Virus record (IMG/VR): IMGVR_UViG_3300035703_000010
Span: 140,652-204,651 of that record
Length of the DNA stretch: 64,000 nucleotides
Direction: 5' to 3' (one strand)
The position numbers and the translations under genes were made by a program. Shown piece after piece: positions 28,061-37,957 of this stretch (the stretch's first letter is position 1; each line of letters opens with the position of its first letter). The notes beneath the pieces were generated by a model. The model had not been told where the DNA came from and searched no databases. It saw only the letters and a program-made list of their open reading frames with translations.

Positions 28061-28554
28061 TGTTGAAACGTGATGTGATTACAACTAAAATAGATTTAAA
28101 AGATTTTTTAAGCGGTGTAATTAAAGAATCTCTTCATTCAACGAAAAAAGTGATCAAAGAAGATGAAGAGAAAGAAGCTTTAAAAACTGGCGATGTGTCC
28201 GTAGAAGAAGTCATTGATAAGCTAAATACAATTAGAGCTGGAAAGTCTTTTAAAAGTGAAGAGATAAAATCTGCGATGGAATCTTATTTAAATGATTTAA
28301 ATTCTGCAGAGAAAACAGCTTTATTTGCATTTCTAAAAGGAATTTCTCAAGTTGTTGGTGGCGAGGTTGAAGGAAGCAAAGCCGTAGAACCTCAAGATTC
28401 ACCAGCAAATGTAAAAATGGAAAAGAAACCGTCTTCACAGAAAGTTACAGTTAAGCCAGTCGTAATTAAGAAACCAGAAGCGCAACCAGGTTCTGGCGCG
28501 AAAGGCAAAGAAGATACGACTCCTCCTGTGCCTATTGCACCCAAGAAAAAGTAA
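28057..28554 (+). CDS. Hypothetical protein with a leader-like motif
   Basis: LKDFLSGVIKES; Pro/Lys-rich tail. Confidence 0.55.
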   Translation: MMLKRDVITTKIDLKDFLSGVIKESLHSTKKVIKEDEEKEALKTGDVSVEEVIDKLNTIRAGKSFKSEEIKSAMESYLNDLNSAEKTALFAFLKGISQVVGGEVEGSKAVEPQDSPANVKMEKKPSSQKVTVKPVVIKKPEAQPGSGAKGKEDTTPPVPIAPKKK

Positions 28555-28576
28555 AGTCTAATAAACTTGGTGTATA

Positions 28577-28771
28577 TTGTTATACATGAATACCGATAGC
28601 ACCAAGTTTATTAAACTTCCTAATGGAAACACGTTAGAAGTTTCTATTTTTCCAGGTTTTTTAGAAAAAGTTAAAGAACATTTTTCTTTGAGTAATGTCG
28701 AAGAAGTCAATGATGATCATGTTAGAATGTATATTTATGGTGCATTTAAAAGCGCATTAGATAAGCAATAG
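28577..28771 (+). CDS. Small hypothetical protein
   Basis: 64 aa ORF filling an intergenic gap. Confidence 0.5.
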   Translation: MLYMNTDSTKFIKLPNGNTLEVSIFPGFLEKVKEHFSLSNVEEVNDDHVRMYIYGAFKSALDKQ

Positions 28772-28791
28772 CATGAAAGGAATCATTATAC

Positions 28792-29079
28792 ATGACCACT
28801 CCGATGTTGCAAGAGCTGATAAAACTTATTATCTTACAAGAATCTCGGATTAGAGAAGCTGAAATAACTGGTGATCGCAAGGTTCCATGGGGATCTGAAG
28901 ATCACGTTTCTGACTTAGAGAATCGCTGCGCAAATGTTGAGTATTGGAGAAATAAGTACCCAAGAGGTTCTGCAAAAAGAGATCATTACGGTACAGTTCT
29001 CAAACACCTAAAAAATGAATTAAAATCTGCAAAGAAAGCTGCGCAACATAGACAACTTCACGAAAAAGAAGAGGAATAA
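28792..29079 (+). CDS. Small hypothetical protein with leader motif
   Basis: MLQELIKLIILQES..REAE. Confidence 0.55.
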   Translation: MTTPMLQELIKLIILQESRIREAEITGDRKVPWGSEDHVSDLENRCANVEYWRNKYPRGSAKRDHYGTVLKHLKNELKSAKKAAQHRQLHEKEEE

Positions 29080-29082
29080 ATC

Positions 29083-30315
29083 ATGGGTGGTGCCGTTGGG
29101 CATTTGCAGCACTTGTATGACGATCGTAATCTCACATTCGATGAGATACAAGACATTCTTACTTCTGCCGCTACAGGCAAGCTTGAAAAAGTTTCAGAAA
29201 AGTTAGATGGATTAAACCTAGTTTTTTCTTGGGATGTTTCTTCAAATCTTTTAAAGGTTGCTAGGGCGGGAGGAGACATCAAGCGTGGAGGAATGGATGC
29301 AAAAGCATTAGCTTCTAAGTTTGCTGGAAGGGGTAATCTTACAGAGGCTTTTACTTTTGCATTTCATGTTCTAAATGAATCTCTTGTTGGATTGCCAAAA
29401 AAAGTAAAGTTGAAAATTTTTGGACCTCGCTCCAACAGATGGTATTCTGTTGAGATCATTTATGCAGCCAATCCTAACGTCATCAATTACAATTCTAACA
29501 ACGTAGTGTTTCACAGATGGCCTGTATTTTCTGTTAGCAAAAGCGGAAAAGTGCAGATGACCACTGATGACCTTGGTGGCTTTGACCTTTTGACAAAACA
29601 TATTGATAGAATGCAAAAGTCTATCAGCATGAAGGATTGGAACATTCAAGGTCCAACTTCTGTCAAACTTAAAAACTTTTCCAACTTAGCTTTTTTAAAT
29701 AATGTTCTTGTAAAGATTAAAGATGAGTTATCTACGGTGGGATTATCAGGTAATTCTACGATTAGAGAATATCTAGGAGAAAAGATTAGACGTGATGCGG
29801 AACGTCTAAATCTTCAGCCTCACGTCGTTGGTATGTTGATTGAACGATGTCTTGCAGAACCTGGTTCTCCGACCCTTGTTCAAATTAAAAAAAATGCTAA
29901 TAAATCAGACCATGATACAATCAACGATTTTGTTCGTAATTCTCTTGAAAGGATGAAGAGTTACGTGTTGCCAATTGAATTGGCTATCAACGATTTTGCT
30001 ATTGAGCTTTTAAAAGGCCTTGAGTCAACGTTCGTTAATAACGCTGAAGAAGAAGTGTTACGACTACGTAATCAAGTTGCAAAAGCGATTTCTACTATCG
30101 AATCATCTGGTGATGAAACAGCCATGAGTATTTTAAAAAACCAGATGAATAAATTGAAGTCGTTGGAAAATATCACATCACCAGTTGAGGGTGTAGTATT
30201 CATCTATAAAGGTAATGCATACAAATTTACAGGAAGTTTTAGTTCAGCGAATCAGATTTTAGGTCTATTCAAATATGGAAGAAAAGGTTCAGTCTTAAAC
30301 CCTGAATCAATCTAA
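29083..30315 (+). CDS. Ligase-like nucleotidyltransferase-fold protein (KxDG)
   Basis: GHLQHLYD, motif I SEKLDG, late EGVVF and KFTG motifs. Confidence 0.6.
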   Translation: MGGAVGHLQHLYDDRNLTFDEIQDILTSAATGKLEKVSEKLDGLNLVFSWDVSSNLLKVARAGGDIKRGGMDAKALASKFAGRGNLTEAFTFAFHVLNESLVGLPKKVKLKIFGPRSNRWYSVEIIYAANPNVINYNSNNVVFHRWPVFSVSKSGKVQMTTDDLGGFDLLTKHIDRMQKSISMKDWNIQGPTSVKLKNFSNLAFLNNVLVKIKDELSTVGLSGNSTIREYLGEKIRRDAERLNLQPHVVGMLIERCLAEPGSPTLVQIKKNANKSDHDTINDFVRNSLERMKSYVLPIELAINDFAIELLKGLESTFVNNAEEEVLRLRNQVAKAISTIESSGDETAMSILKNQMNKLKSLENITSPVEGVVFIYKGNAYKFTGSFSSANQILGLFKYGRKGSVLNPESI

Positions 30316-30319
30316 AATG

Positions 30320-31300
30320 TCATCCCCAGGTTTCTTTCCCTGATCGTCCTTTAACAGGTACTTTAAACTTTGGTTTGCCTTGCGATATCCTGCTGAATTT
30401 TATTTTGTCTTTATACGGGCTTTTAATCATCATAAATCCTTCAGGGGTGACTAAAATGATGCCTGTTAAATCAAATACATCTTCTGCTAAAATAGTTTTT
30501 TCCCATTGAGACTTTAAAATATCTGGATTTGAAAAAACAGGACTGTTTAGTATTGATAGAGCTGCAGCTATGCTTGAAACGTCGCCTAGTTTACTTGAAG
30601 CTTCATCTTCATCGATGCCTAACAATCTAAGTATTTTCAACATGTTCGTTGGAGCAACTTTATATGTTTTATCGTTTATTTTGACATTCATCACTTTGCT
30701 TTCTGCAATTTTGATTATGCTTGAAGCGGCCATAATGATTTTCATAATGTCATTGAAACGTGCAGCAGTTATCTCTCCGCTTTGTAACAAATCATAATTG
30801 CTTTTACCTGATTTTGTGACGGCGTCTTTCATAAAAGACACAATTTGATTGTATTCTGATGACATTCCGTTACTTTTTACAATTTCTTCAATGCCTGGAA
30901 AATCTATGAATTCTTGTAATTCATCAAACGCTATTCTTAGAGTCTTATTTATAGCACCTACAGCTAGATTTCCTTCCGTACCAGGTCTAATTTCGCTGTC
31001 TTTATCAGGGGCTTTTACTTCCCATTTTCCGCTGAATGGACCATCTGGGATGTCTAAATCATATGATTCTGATTGACCTTGTACTTTTCCGCCTAAAATA
31101 TCAGCTAGGCGATTTTCACCTGGTCCAACGCCTGTTTCTCCACTCAGCGGAACATCACTAGGAAAATCAACCCATTTATTTAATTCATCAAATTTAGGAG
31201 CATTATTAGGAGACTGTTCAGTTAATTTTTTTTCGAAGATCATCTTAGACAGCTCTTCATTTATTATGCTTCGTAATTCTTTAATACGCATCTTCATCAT
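30320..31300 (-). CDS. Leader-bearing protein with a possible PD-(D/E)XK nuclease core
   Basis: MKMRIKELRSIINEE; G.GE..L..YDL..WEVK. Confidence 0.5.
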   Translation of the reverse strand: MMKMRIKELRSIINEELSKMIFEKKLTEQSPNNAPKFDELNKWVDFPSDVPLSGETGVGPGENRLADILGGKVQGQSESYDLDIPDGPFSGKWEVKAPDKDSEIRPGTEGNLAVGAINKTLRIAFDELQEFIDFPGIEEIVKSNGMSSEYNQIVSFMKDAVTKSGKSNYDLLQSGEITAARFNDIMKIIMAASSIIKIAESKVMNVKINDKTYKVAPTNMLKILRLLGIDEDEASSKLGDVSSIAAALSILNSPVFSNPDILKSQWEKTILAEDVFDLTGIILVTPEGFMMIKSPYKDKIKFSRISQGKPKFKVPVKGRSGKETWG

Positions 31301-31367
31301 CTTAATTATACTTCTTGCTTGAGTACGACACTGCGTATTTTCGATAAAATAGGAATATTTTGACTTC

Positions 31368-32246
31368 CTACTTTACTTCAGGATCGCTACAACATCTAAA
31401 TCCTTGCTGGTAAAACGTGTGTAATTCTCCATGAGTTCTAATTGAACTTCTACATTGGGCTTTGGTACCAGACCAATATCCTCCTTTTAATATCGACCGG
31501 TATTTGTTTGAAATTGACGTCACAGTCCATTCTTCAACGTTTCCTATCATGTCATGAACGTTGAATGGGCTTGCACACTTAGTTCGTGATCCTGAAAGAT
31601 ACCCTTGCCATAAGTGGTTTAACTCTATGCCACTTTTCATCGTTCCCCTTGGGAACATTAATCTATTATCATAAGCCTTCCATGGTTTGTCGATATTGCA
31701 ACTTTCAGCATCTCGAATGTATCCATTCGGAAAAGGTAACATTTCTTCACCTTCGCATGCAAATGTCCATTCGTCTTCTGAACACAATCTTTTTCCTTTT
31801 AATTCGCACAATTCTTTTGATTCTTCCCATGTTGTCATAACCCATGGCGCTGCACCGTCACGGTTTGGCCATTCGTATGGGTCGATACAAAAATGCATAT
31901 CTTTTCTAGGAAGATCTTTTTTTATTTTTTCCCATTTTGCTTGATCAAATTCAAGACAATATTCTTTTTTTTCTGACCATTTTTTACATGTAGATTTTTG
32001 CAAATTTTCTATATTGTCATATGAAAATGGATTGGAATCACGGGTTATTCCCATTTTTCCTTTAATTTCTATCATATCATTTCCAGGACAATTTTGTGAA
32101 CCTTCATGAACAATTCCTGGATCTTTTTCAGCAATCCAGTATTTCTTATCGATAAACTTCCAATTTATAATGTTTGATTCGATTCGAGGGCAGTTTTCTG
32201 TGCATTCTGCAAATAGAAGTTGTGATAGAACAATAACAAAATTCAT
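31368..32246 (-). CDS. Formylglycine-generating enzyme (SUMF1) domain protein, secreted
   Basis: FCIDPYEWP, GKRLCSEDEW.FAC, FPNG, DMIGNVEEW, LKGGYW, GFRCC; N-terminal signal-like segment. Confidence 0.85.
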   Translation of the reverse strand: MNFVIVLSQLLFAECTENCPRIESNIINWKFIDKKYWIAEKDPGIVHEGSQNCPGNDMIEIKGKMGITRDSNPFSYDNIENLQKSTCKKWSEKKEYCLEFDQAKWEKIKKDLPRKDMHFCIDPYEWPNRDGAAPWVMTTWEESKELCELKGKRLCSEDEWTFACEGEEMLPFPNGYIRDAESCNIDKPWKAYDNRLMFPRGTMKSGIELNHLWQGYLSGSRTKCASPFNVHDMIGNVEEWTVTSISNKYRSILKGGYWSGTKAQCRSSIRTHGELHTFYQQGFRCCSDPEVK

Positions 32247-32250
32247 AGCT

Positions 32251-32508
32251 TTATTTTTTTACGTTATCGACCATACTGTACGGCACCCATCCCATTTCAG
32301 AATTACCTGTTAGGATTTTTATCCAAACTTGTGCGCCATGCCCTAGTCGTGATTCAATAATTATACCAATTTGGCCAGGTTCTAAATTTTCTATTCTAGA
32401 AAAAACGTATCCTGGTCCTATTCTCAGGACAACAGGAAATTTTCTTTTAGGTAAGATTACGATTAAGTCGCCTATGTCAAATTTTTTATCAAAAGATTCA
32501 TCATTCAC
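32251..32508 (-). CDS. Small SH3-like beta-barrel hypothetical protein
   Basis: FDIGDLIV..IGIII..IKILT..GWV; resembles 50138..50410 and 33106..33396. Confidence 0.5.
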   Translation of the reverse strand: MNDESFDKKFDIGDLIVILPKRKFPVVLRIGPGYVFSRIENLEPGQIGIIIESRLGHGAQVWIKILTGNSEMGWVPYSMVDNVKK

Positions 32509-33068
32509 ATTATAATTTCATCTACACAACCCCACTTTAGGGAGTCTTTAGCACTTAAATACCAGTCTTTCTTTTTGTTGTAGACTTTTTGTAGTTTTTC
32601 TTTAGTAATTTTTGTGCTTTCTAATGTCATCTCTTCAATTTTCTTTTGAAGTCGTTTTGTTTCAATGACATCCTCTTCTATTTCCTTTAGCTTCCCCCAG
32701 GCGGCAGAGCTAACTTGATGATACATCATTGTACCATGTTTATGAATAGAACGATGGTCACCATGGATCGCTATCATAAATCCGCAAGACATAGCGCAAC
32801 CAGTCACCACGGTGTTAACAGGTGTTCCTTTATCTTTCATAATTGAAAGAAGTCCAAAGCATTGATAAACAGCCCCACCATATGAATCGATGTGAATTAC
32901 GATGGGCTTTGGTTCATAAGATATTCCGTATATTGGATAAAACTTTTTTAGAAATTCGTCATGTTGCCTGATTTCTAAAATGCTTTTTGAAAGTTGATTC
33001 ATCGAATCTTGATCGACTTGTTGCGCAAGGAAAAGACTGCGTGGAAATGGTTTTTCTAAATCAGCCAT
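32505..33068 (-). CDS. clpP: ClpP-family serine protease
   Basis: IDSYGG.V, G.AMSCG (Ser), MMYHQ (His), DWYLSA.D.LKWG.VD.I. Confidence 0.85.
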   Translation of the reverse strand: MADLEKPFPRSLFLAQQVDQDSMNQLSKSILEIRQHDEFLKKFYPIYGISYEPKPIVIHIDSYGGAVYQCFGLLSIMKDKGTPVNTVVTGCAMSCGFMIAIHGDHRSIHKHGTMMYHQVSSAAWGKLKEIEEDVIETKRLQKKIEEMTLESTKITKEKLQKVYNKKKDWYLSAKDSLKWGCVDEIIM

Positions 33069-33105
33069 AATAAAATAACGTACTATACTATTTGATAGTT
33101 GTATA

Positions 33106-33396
33106 TTACGCTATTAAGCTGCTAAGGTATTTTGCACTAACCCAGCCTACTATGTTTCTTTCAGTGCATATCTTTGCGCCGACGGATCCTTTTAAGGGGC
33201 TATAAATTTCTAAAAGAACAGCAATTTCATTTTTATTAAATTTGCCAATAATTTTAGGCCAAAAATTTTCAAATAATTCTTCATGGCCTTCCCAAGTTTC
33301 CCAGATGGCTAATCCATTAGGCTGTCCAAAATCGACTAGAACGACAAGATCGCCTGGATTTAATAGATTTTCGTTTATTGAATTAAACTTCTTTAT
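33106..33396 (-). CDS. Probable 96-aa SH3-like protein with a non-canonical (ATA) start
   Basis: Open frame IKKFNSINENLLNPGDLVVL..AKICTERNIVGWV..; no ATG/GTG/TTG in the 5' part; not in the ORF track. Confidence 0.5.
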   Translation of the reverse strand: MKKFNSINENLLNPGDLVVLVDFGQPNGLAIWETWEGHEELFENFWPKIIGKFNKNEIAVLLEIYSPLKGSVGAKICTERNIVGWVSAKYLSSLIA

Positions 33397-33559
33397 ATTC
33401 TTCTATTTCCTTATCTTGTTCTAGGTTGTCTAATTCTATGATTAATTTAATTAATTCTTGAACTTCTTGAGAACAGTCTTTGCCAATACTTCGCAAGTGT
33501 CGAATGAGATCATTTAATTGATTGATCTCTTCGACAAGAGATTCGCGTTTGCTCGTCAT
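33383..33559 (-). CDS. Small helical hypothetical protein (58 aa, not in the ORF track)
   Basis: MTSKRESLVEEINQLNDLIRHLRSIGK..; SD-like AGGT upstream. Confidence 0.55.
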   Translation of the reverse strand: MTSKRESLVEEINQLNDLIRHLRSIGKDCSQEVQELIKLIIELDNLEQDKEIEEYKEV

Positions 33560-33765
33560 AACGTTACCTACGCGATTTTAAATATCAAGTAAGTTTGATA
33601 AAAACAAAAAATAAAAAAGAGCAAAAAAGTTGCAATGTATAAGATACATTATCTTATATGCAGCAATTTGCCCTAGAGATATTAAAAAAAGTTTTAGACT
33701 TTTTCTGGAAATTTCTCTTTTTTTCTGGATTTCTTGTTAAGTTTTTTGATTTTTTATACCTTTAA

Positions 33766-34017
33766 TCAATCGTCTAAACAAATATTAGAATCAAGTTCAT
33801 GATACGTTTGATCGCTTTGCAAGATTTCTTGCAGGCTTACTTTTTTAGTTTCATCTTTAGAAAAGTAGCAAGATCCTTCTTCTAATTCATTAATTTTTTC
33901 TTCGAAAAGAGATAATTGATTTTGTGGTTCATCATAAGAAACGTTCTTCATTTTAGGAACGTTGGGTAAGATGCAAATTGCGAAAGATGCTACGTATAAA
34001 ACTTTTAAAATTTGCAT
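33766..34017 (-). CDS. Small hypothetical protein with a hydrophobic N-terminus
   Basis: Follows aceA directly; signal-like start. Confidence 0.4.
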   Translation of the reverse strand: MQILKVLYVASFAICILPNVPKMKNVSYDEPQNQLSLFEEKINELEEGSCYFSKDETKKVSLQEILQSDQTYHELDSNICLDD

Positions 34018-34018
34018 A

Positions 34019-35269
34019 TCAACCCTTATTGATAAATTGTTGCATTTCAGTTGAATGTTCTAACGCTAGAGTTGATGAAGTTCCTCCTGAAATTACTTTT
34101 GATACTTCATCAAAGTAACCTGTTCCAACTTCTCTTTGATGCTTTGTTGCAGTATATCCAAATTCCTCTGAAGCAAATTCAGCTTGTTGCAATTCAGAAT
34201 AAGCCGCCATACCATGATCGCGATACTTTCTTGCTAACTCAAACATTCCATGATTCAATGAATGGAAGCCTGCCAAAGTAACGAATTGGAACTTGTAACC
34301 CATAGCGCCAAGTTCTCTCTGAAACTTTGCAATTGTCGTATCATCAAGCTTCTTCTTCCAGTTGAATGACGGTGAACAATTGTATGCAAGAGGCTTACCT
34401 GGGAATTTTGCATGGATGCCTTCTGCAAATGTTTTAGCCTCTTCAAGATCTGGTGTTGACGTTTCCATCCAGATCATATCTGCATAAGGCGCGTATGCAA
34501 GCCCTCTAGCAATAGAACGCTCCATTCCTGTCCTACATAGGTAATGGAATCCTTCTGGAGTTCTCTTTCCAGATTCGATGTAATCGTGATCATATGGATC
34601 AACGTCGCTAGTGATAAGATTTGCCGATTCAGCATCTGTTCTAGCAATGATAATCGTTGGAACATCCATGACGTCAGCAGCAAGACGAGCTGCAGTTAGT
34701 GTGCGAATAAATTGAGATGTTGGGACAAGAACCTTTCCTCCTAAATGACCACATTTCTTTTCTGATGCAAGTTGATCTTCCCAATGAACGGCTGCTGCAC
34801 CTGCTTCAATCATCGCTTTCATTAATTCAAAAGCATTAAGAGGACCTCCAAAACCAGCTTCTGCATCAGCTACGATAGGAGCCATCCAGTGTTTATCATT
34901 ATTCGGATTTTCAGCATGATCAATTTGTTCTGCGCGTAACAATGCATTATTGATTCTTTTAACGATTGCTGGTACGCTGTTTGCTGGATAAAGACTTTGG
35001 TCAGGATATGTGTTTCCAGAAAGATTTGCGTCAGCTGCGACCTGCCACCCAGATAGATAGATAGCTTCTAGACCTGCTTTAACTTGCTGTACGGCCATAG
35101 CTCCAGTCGACGCTCCAAGAGCATTGATATATGGTTTTTCGTTAATTAGCTTCCATAATCTTTCAGCTCCAAGCCGAGCAATAGTATGTTCTACCTTAGT
35201 TTTTCCTCTAAGTTTTTCAACGTCTGCTTGAGTATAAAGTTTTTTAATATTCGCAAATCTGTCATCCAT
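34019..35269 (-). CDS. aceA: Isocitrate lyase
   Basis: [33 protein letters not shown], catalytic [30 protein letters not shown]. Confidence 0.98.
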   Translation of the reverse strand: MDDRFANIKKLYTQADVEKLRGKTKVEHTIARLGAERLWKLINEKPYINALGASTGAMAVQQVKAGLEAIYLSGWQVAADANLSGNTYPDQSLYPANSVPAIVKRINNALLRAEQIDHAENPNNDKHWMAPIVADAEAGFGGPLNAFELMKAMIEAGAAAVHWEDQLASEKKCGHLGGKVLVPTSQFIRTLTAARLAADVMDVPTIIIARTDAESANLITSDVDPYDHDYIESGKRTPEGFHYLCRTGMERSIARGLAYAPYADMIWMETSTPDLEEAKTFAEGIHAKFPGKPLAYNCSPSFNWKKKLDDTTIAKFQRELGAMGYKFQFVTLAGFHSLNHGMFELARKYRDHGMAAYSELQQAEFASEEFGYTATKHQREVGTGYFDEVSKVISGGTSSTLALEHSTEMQQFINKG

Positions 35270-35333
35270 AAGTCACCTATAAAAGAATGTGGGAATAAAT
35301 CTATCTACTTCATTAAAAGTTTTTACAAGTTTT

Positions 35334-35987
35334 TTAACTTTTTATTAGGACTTGACGAACATATTTGCGGATCAATGATTCACCAATAATGTCATTCTTT
35401 AATATATCGAATATTTCATTGCCATGTTTTTGAATTGACTTTGGCAAAAAAGAAATGAATAGTTCTTTATTGTCATTTTCTTCTTCGACATCATCTTCGT
35501 CGTCAAATTCATTTTCATCTTCTTCAGCTGCATCTTCTAAGAAATCTCTCATTTGAGTTCCACTGATGTCAATCGTTTCTTGCCTGCTGATGCCTCTTGG
35601 AATAATCTGGCCATTCTTTAATAAATTTGGTGCAGATTCAATTAAGCTTTTTTCATTATAATTTCTGATGATGTCTTCATCATCAGAATAAATTGTGTAC
35701 ACATCTGTTGATGCTTCAGATTCAGCACGTTCTAATTCATTATAAACTTTTGCGACAGGAGAAGTACGATCATAATCTGGCGTTACGTTACTAGGTAACG
35801 TATCTTGAATATACGTTAACCAAATGTACAGCATCGTATCTCCACTTATTCCTATGTCATCTTCTCTTCTATCTGCAGTAGAAACATATAATTTAACTTG
35901 ATCATTTTCTTTTGCTGCAATTCTAACGAGCATATCATGACCAGCATGGTATGGTTTTGCAGCCATTGGAACTAAACCTATTTTCAT
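35334..35987 (-). CDS. Cytidylyltransferase-like (HxGH) nucleotidyltransferase
   Basis: KPYHAGH, ISGTQMR (KMSKS-equivalent); C-terminal ESLIRKYVRQVL. Confidence 0.8.
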   Translation of the reverse strand: MKIGLVPMAAKPYHAGHDMLVRIAAKENDQVKLYVSTADRREDDIGISGDTMLYIWLTYIQDTLPSNVTPDYDRTSPVAKVYNELERAESEASTDVYTIYSDDEDIIRNYNEKSLIESAPNLLKNGQIIPRGISRQETIDISGTQMRDFLEDAAEEDENEFDDEDDVEEENDNKELFISFLPKSIQKHGNEIFDILKNDIIGESLIRKYVRQVLIKS

Positions 35988-36026
35988 AATCCTATATTTA
36001 TCCTGAAATAATAATAAGTTTATGTT

Positions 36027-36449
36027 ATGTTAAAAACCGTAATATCATGCGGAGCAGTTGTTTATAAAAAAGAGGAAGAAAAAACTTACGTTCTTCTTGT
36101 AAAACAATCTGGACCGGTTCCTGGGTGGGGAATTCCTAAGGGACATATGGAACCAGGGGAAACTTACATAAAAACAGCGATTAGAGAAGTAAAAGAAGAG
36201 ACAGGAGCAGACGTAAAAATTTTGACGAGACTTCCTCACGTCGTTTTAGAAAAAAGGAACTATAGAAAAATCGTTATTCCTTACTTGGCAATTCAAGCAA
36301 AAAATTCAATTCCTCGTTGCGATCATAAAATGAGTGAAGTTGTTGATGTAAAGTGGTTTGATATCGAAAATCTTCCTCAAATATATTCTTATCAAAAGCC
36401 AATCATCGATGCAGCAATGCTTATTTTGGGAGGATACCTCGATGGATAA
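36027..36449 (+). CDS. NUDIX hydrolase (Ap4A hydrolase-like)
   Basis: Nudix box GHMEPGETYIKTAIREVKEETG. Confidence 0.93.
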   Translation: MLKTVISCGAVVYKKEEEKTYVLLVKQSGPVPGWGIPKGHMEPGETYIKTAIREVKEETGADVKILTRLPHVVLEKRNYRKIVIPYLAIQAKNSIPRCDHKMSEVVDVKWFDIENLPQIYSYQKPIIDAAMLILGGYLDG

Positions 36450-36675
36450 AAGAATTTTAGATGAAGCCATTGAAGCTGTGTCTTCATACGTTGGAAAAAC
36501 AGATAATTGGATTATTATAAAAAAAGAGCTTTTAAAGTCGTTGTCTTCTCAAGATAGAATGTATTTTTCCACGAGAGACCCTATCACAAAAAAGCAGTCT
36601 ATGAATGACTTTGAAAAAATTGTGGCAGAAAAATGGTATAAAAAAACAGGAATACGTCCTATACTTATCGAATGA
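36442..36675 (+). CDS. Small hypothetical protein
   Basis: ATG 36442 behind SD GGAGG. Confidence 0.55.
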   Translation: MDKRILDEAIEAVSSYVGKTDNWIIIKKELLKSLSSQDRMYFSTRDPITKKQSMNDFEKIVAEKWYKKTGIRPILIE

Positions 36676-36676
36676 A

Positions 36677-37609
36677 ATGAATGTCCAAGAAAAAATTATA
36701 AGAGAGTTTATAAGAGAATCTTTGCTTTCTAATGAAATTATTGTTGAAAGCTCTTTTACTTCTGGCGTGAAATCTGCTGTTTCAGATTTGGGGAAAGTCG
36801 TTGCTGGATCTGCTGCAACTATATTAGCTTCAGTGAAACAATTAACAGGTTTAACGTATCAAGCTATAAAAGAAGTAGGTTCGTTGGGGATATTTAAAGC
36901 TGACTACGATAAAGTAAAAAGTCAATATCACCAAAACTTGGCAGAGATACAAAAAGAATATGGAGCTGAAATTGATGCAGCTGAAAAAACTTTTTCAAAA
37001 GCCTTGTTCCCTTTAACTTCTGCAGCAAAAATAGGATTAGGAGCAACAGCTACAGCATTTTTCTTTGCAAACCCATTAGCGTTTATTGCCTTAGAAGGCA
37101 CGGCTACTGGAACATCTAAAAAAATAAAAGGTGAAGTTGTGCCAAAGATTAAAGATCTAAAATCTCAGGCACAAAAAGCCATTGATAAGTGGTCTGGTTA
37201 TGAAGAACAAAGTGAAACTAAAAATAAAGGTAATGACCTTTTAAGACAAGATTGGGTAAGAGAAGGACAACAAAAGTTTAAACAATCTACAGAGTTGTAT
37301 TTTAAACAAATAAATGATAAGATTAAAAAAATTTCATCTGCTGCAGATGTTAAAAGTCTTGGAATTCCTGATAAGATAGTTCAGCAGCTTTCGAAAGATT
37401 CAAAAAATCAAGCGGAAATATTAAAAGCTTGTAAAGCTTTAGCATTGAATGAAATTCTTAATACTGTAAAAGTCGACAAAGAAAAACAAATAGCTGATGC
37501 AAAAAAAGCTAACGTTCCTGAGTCTGCAATAACTGGATCTAAAAGTTTCATTAAATTATACGATAAGATCATAGTGACAATTAACGAAAAAATTTCATCA
37601 TTAAAATGA
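36677..37609 (+). CDS. Helical hypothetical protein with leader motif
   Basis: MNVQEKIIREFIRESLL; ATACTTA at 36661-36667. Confidence 0.55.
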   Translation: MNVQEKIIREFIRESLLSNEIIVESSFTSGVKSAVSDLGKVVAGSAATILASVKQLTGLTYQAIKEVGSLGIFKADYDKVKSQYHQNLAEIQKEYGAEIDAAEKTFSKALFPLTSAAKIGLGATATAFFFANPLAFIALEGTATGTSKKIKGEVVPKIKDLKSQAQKAIDKWSGYEEQSETKNKGNDLLRQDWVREGQQKFKQSTELYFKQINDKIKKISSAADVKSLGIPDKIVQQLSKDSKNQAEILKACKALALNEILNTVKVDKEKQIADAKKANVPESAITGSKSFIKLYDKIIVTINEKISSLK

Positions 37610-37651
37610 AATGTTCTAAACATGTGATCGACATCTTGTATAGTTTACATT

Positions 37652-37957
37652 ATGCCGAAACGACAACAAAAAAGTTATAATGTTGATTTGATGCAGCCAG
37701 ATGAACTAGGTGAAGTCAAAAAACTTGTAAAAGAGTTCGTGTCTAGAATTGAAAACGTTGATAATGAAATTGAACTCTTAAAGCAAGATAGAAAAGAAAT
37801 TATTGAAGAATATTCTACAAAGTTAGACTTAAAAGTACTCCAAGCTGCAATGAGGGTTGTTAAGATTAAGCAAGGAGTCGCTCATAAAGATACGTTTGAT
37901 CTCTTTTTGGAAGTTTTAGACCCAGAATTGGGATCATCATCAGAAGGTGATACATGA
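37652..37957 (+). CDS. GapR/DUF2312-like (T4 DsbA-like) DNA-binding protein
   Basis: EFVSRIENVDNEIELLKQDRKEI..D.KVL..AMR. Confidence 0.65.
   Translation: MPKRQQKSYNVDLMQPDELGEVKKLVKEFVSRIENVDNEIELLKQDRKEIIEEYSTKLDLKVLQAAMRVVKIKQGVAHKDTFDLFLEVLDPELGSSSEGDT

Noticed and set aside
33560-33765. Stop-interrupted hydrophobic frame suggesting readthrough or a pseudogene
   Set aside because: It has no convincing start or homology cue, and the low-complexity A/T tracts explain the open frame
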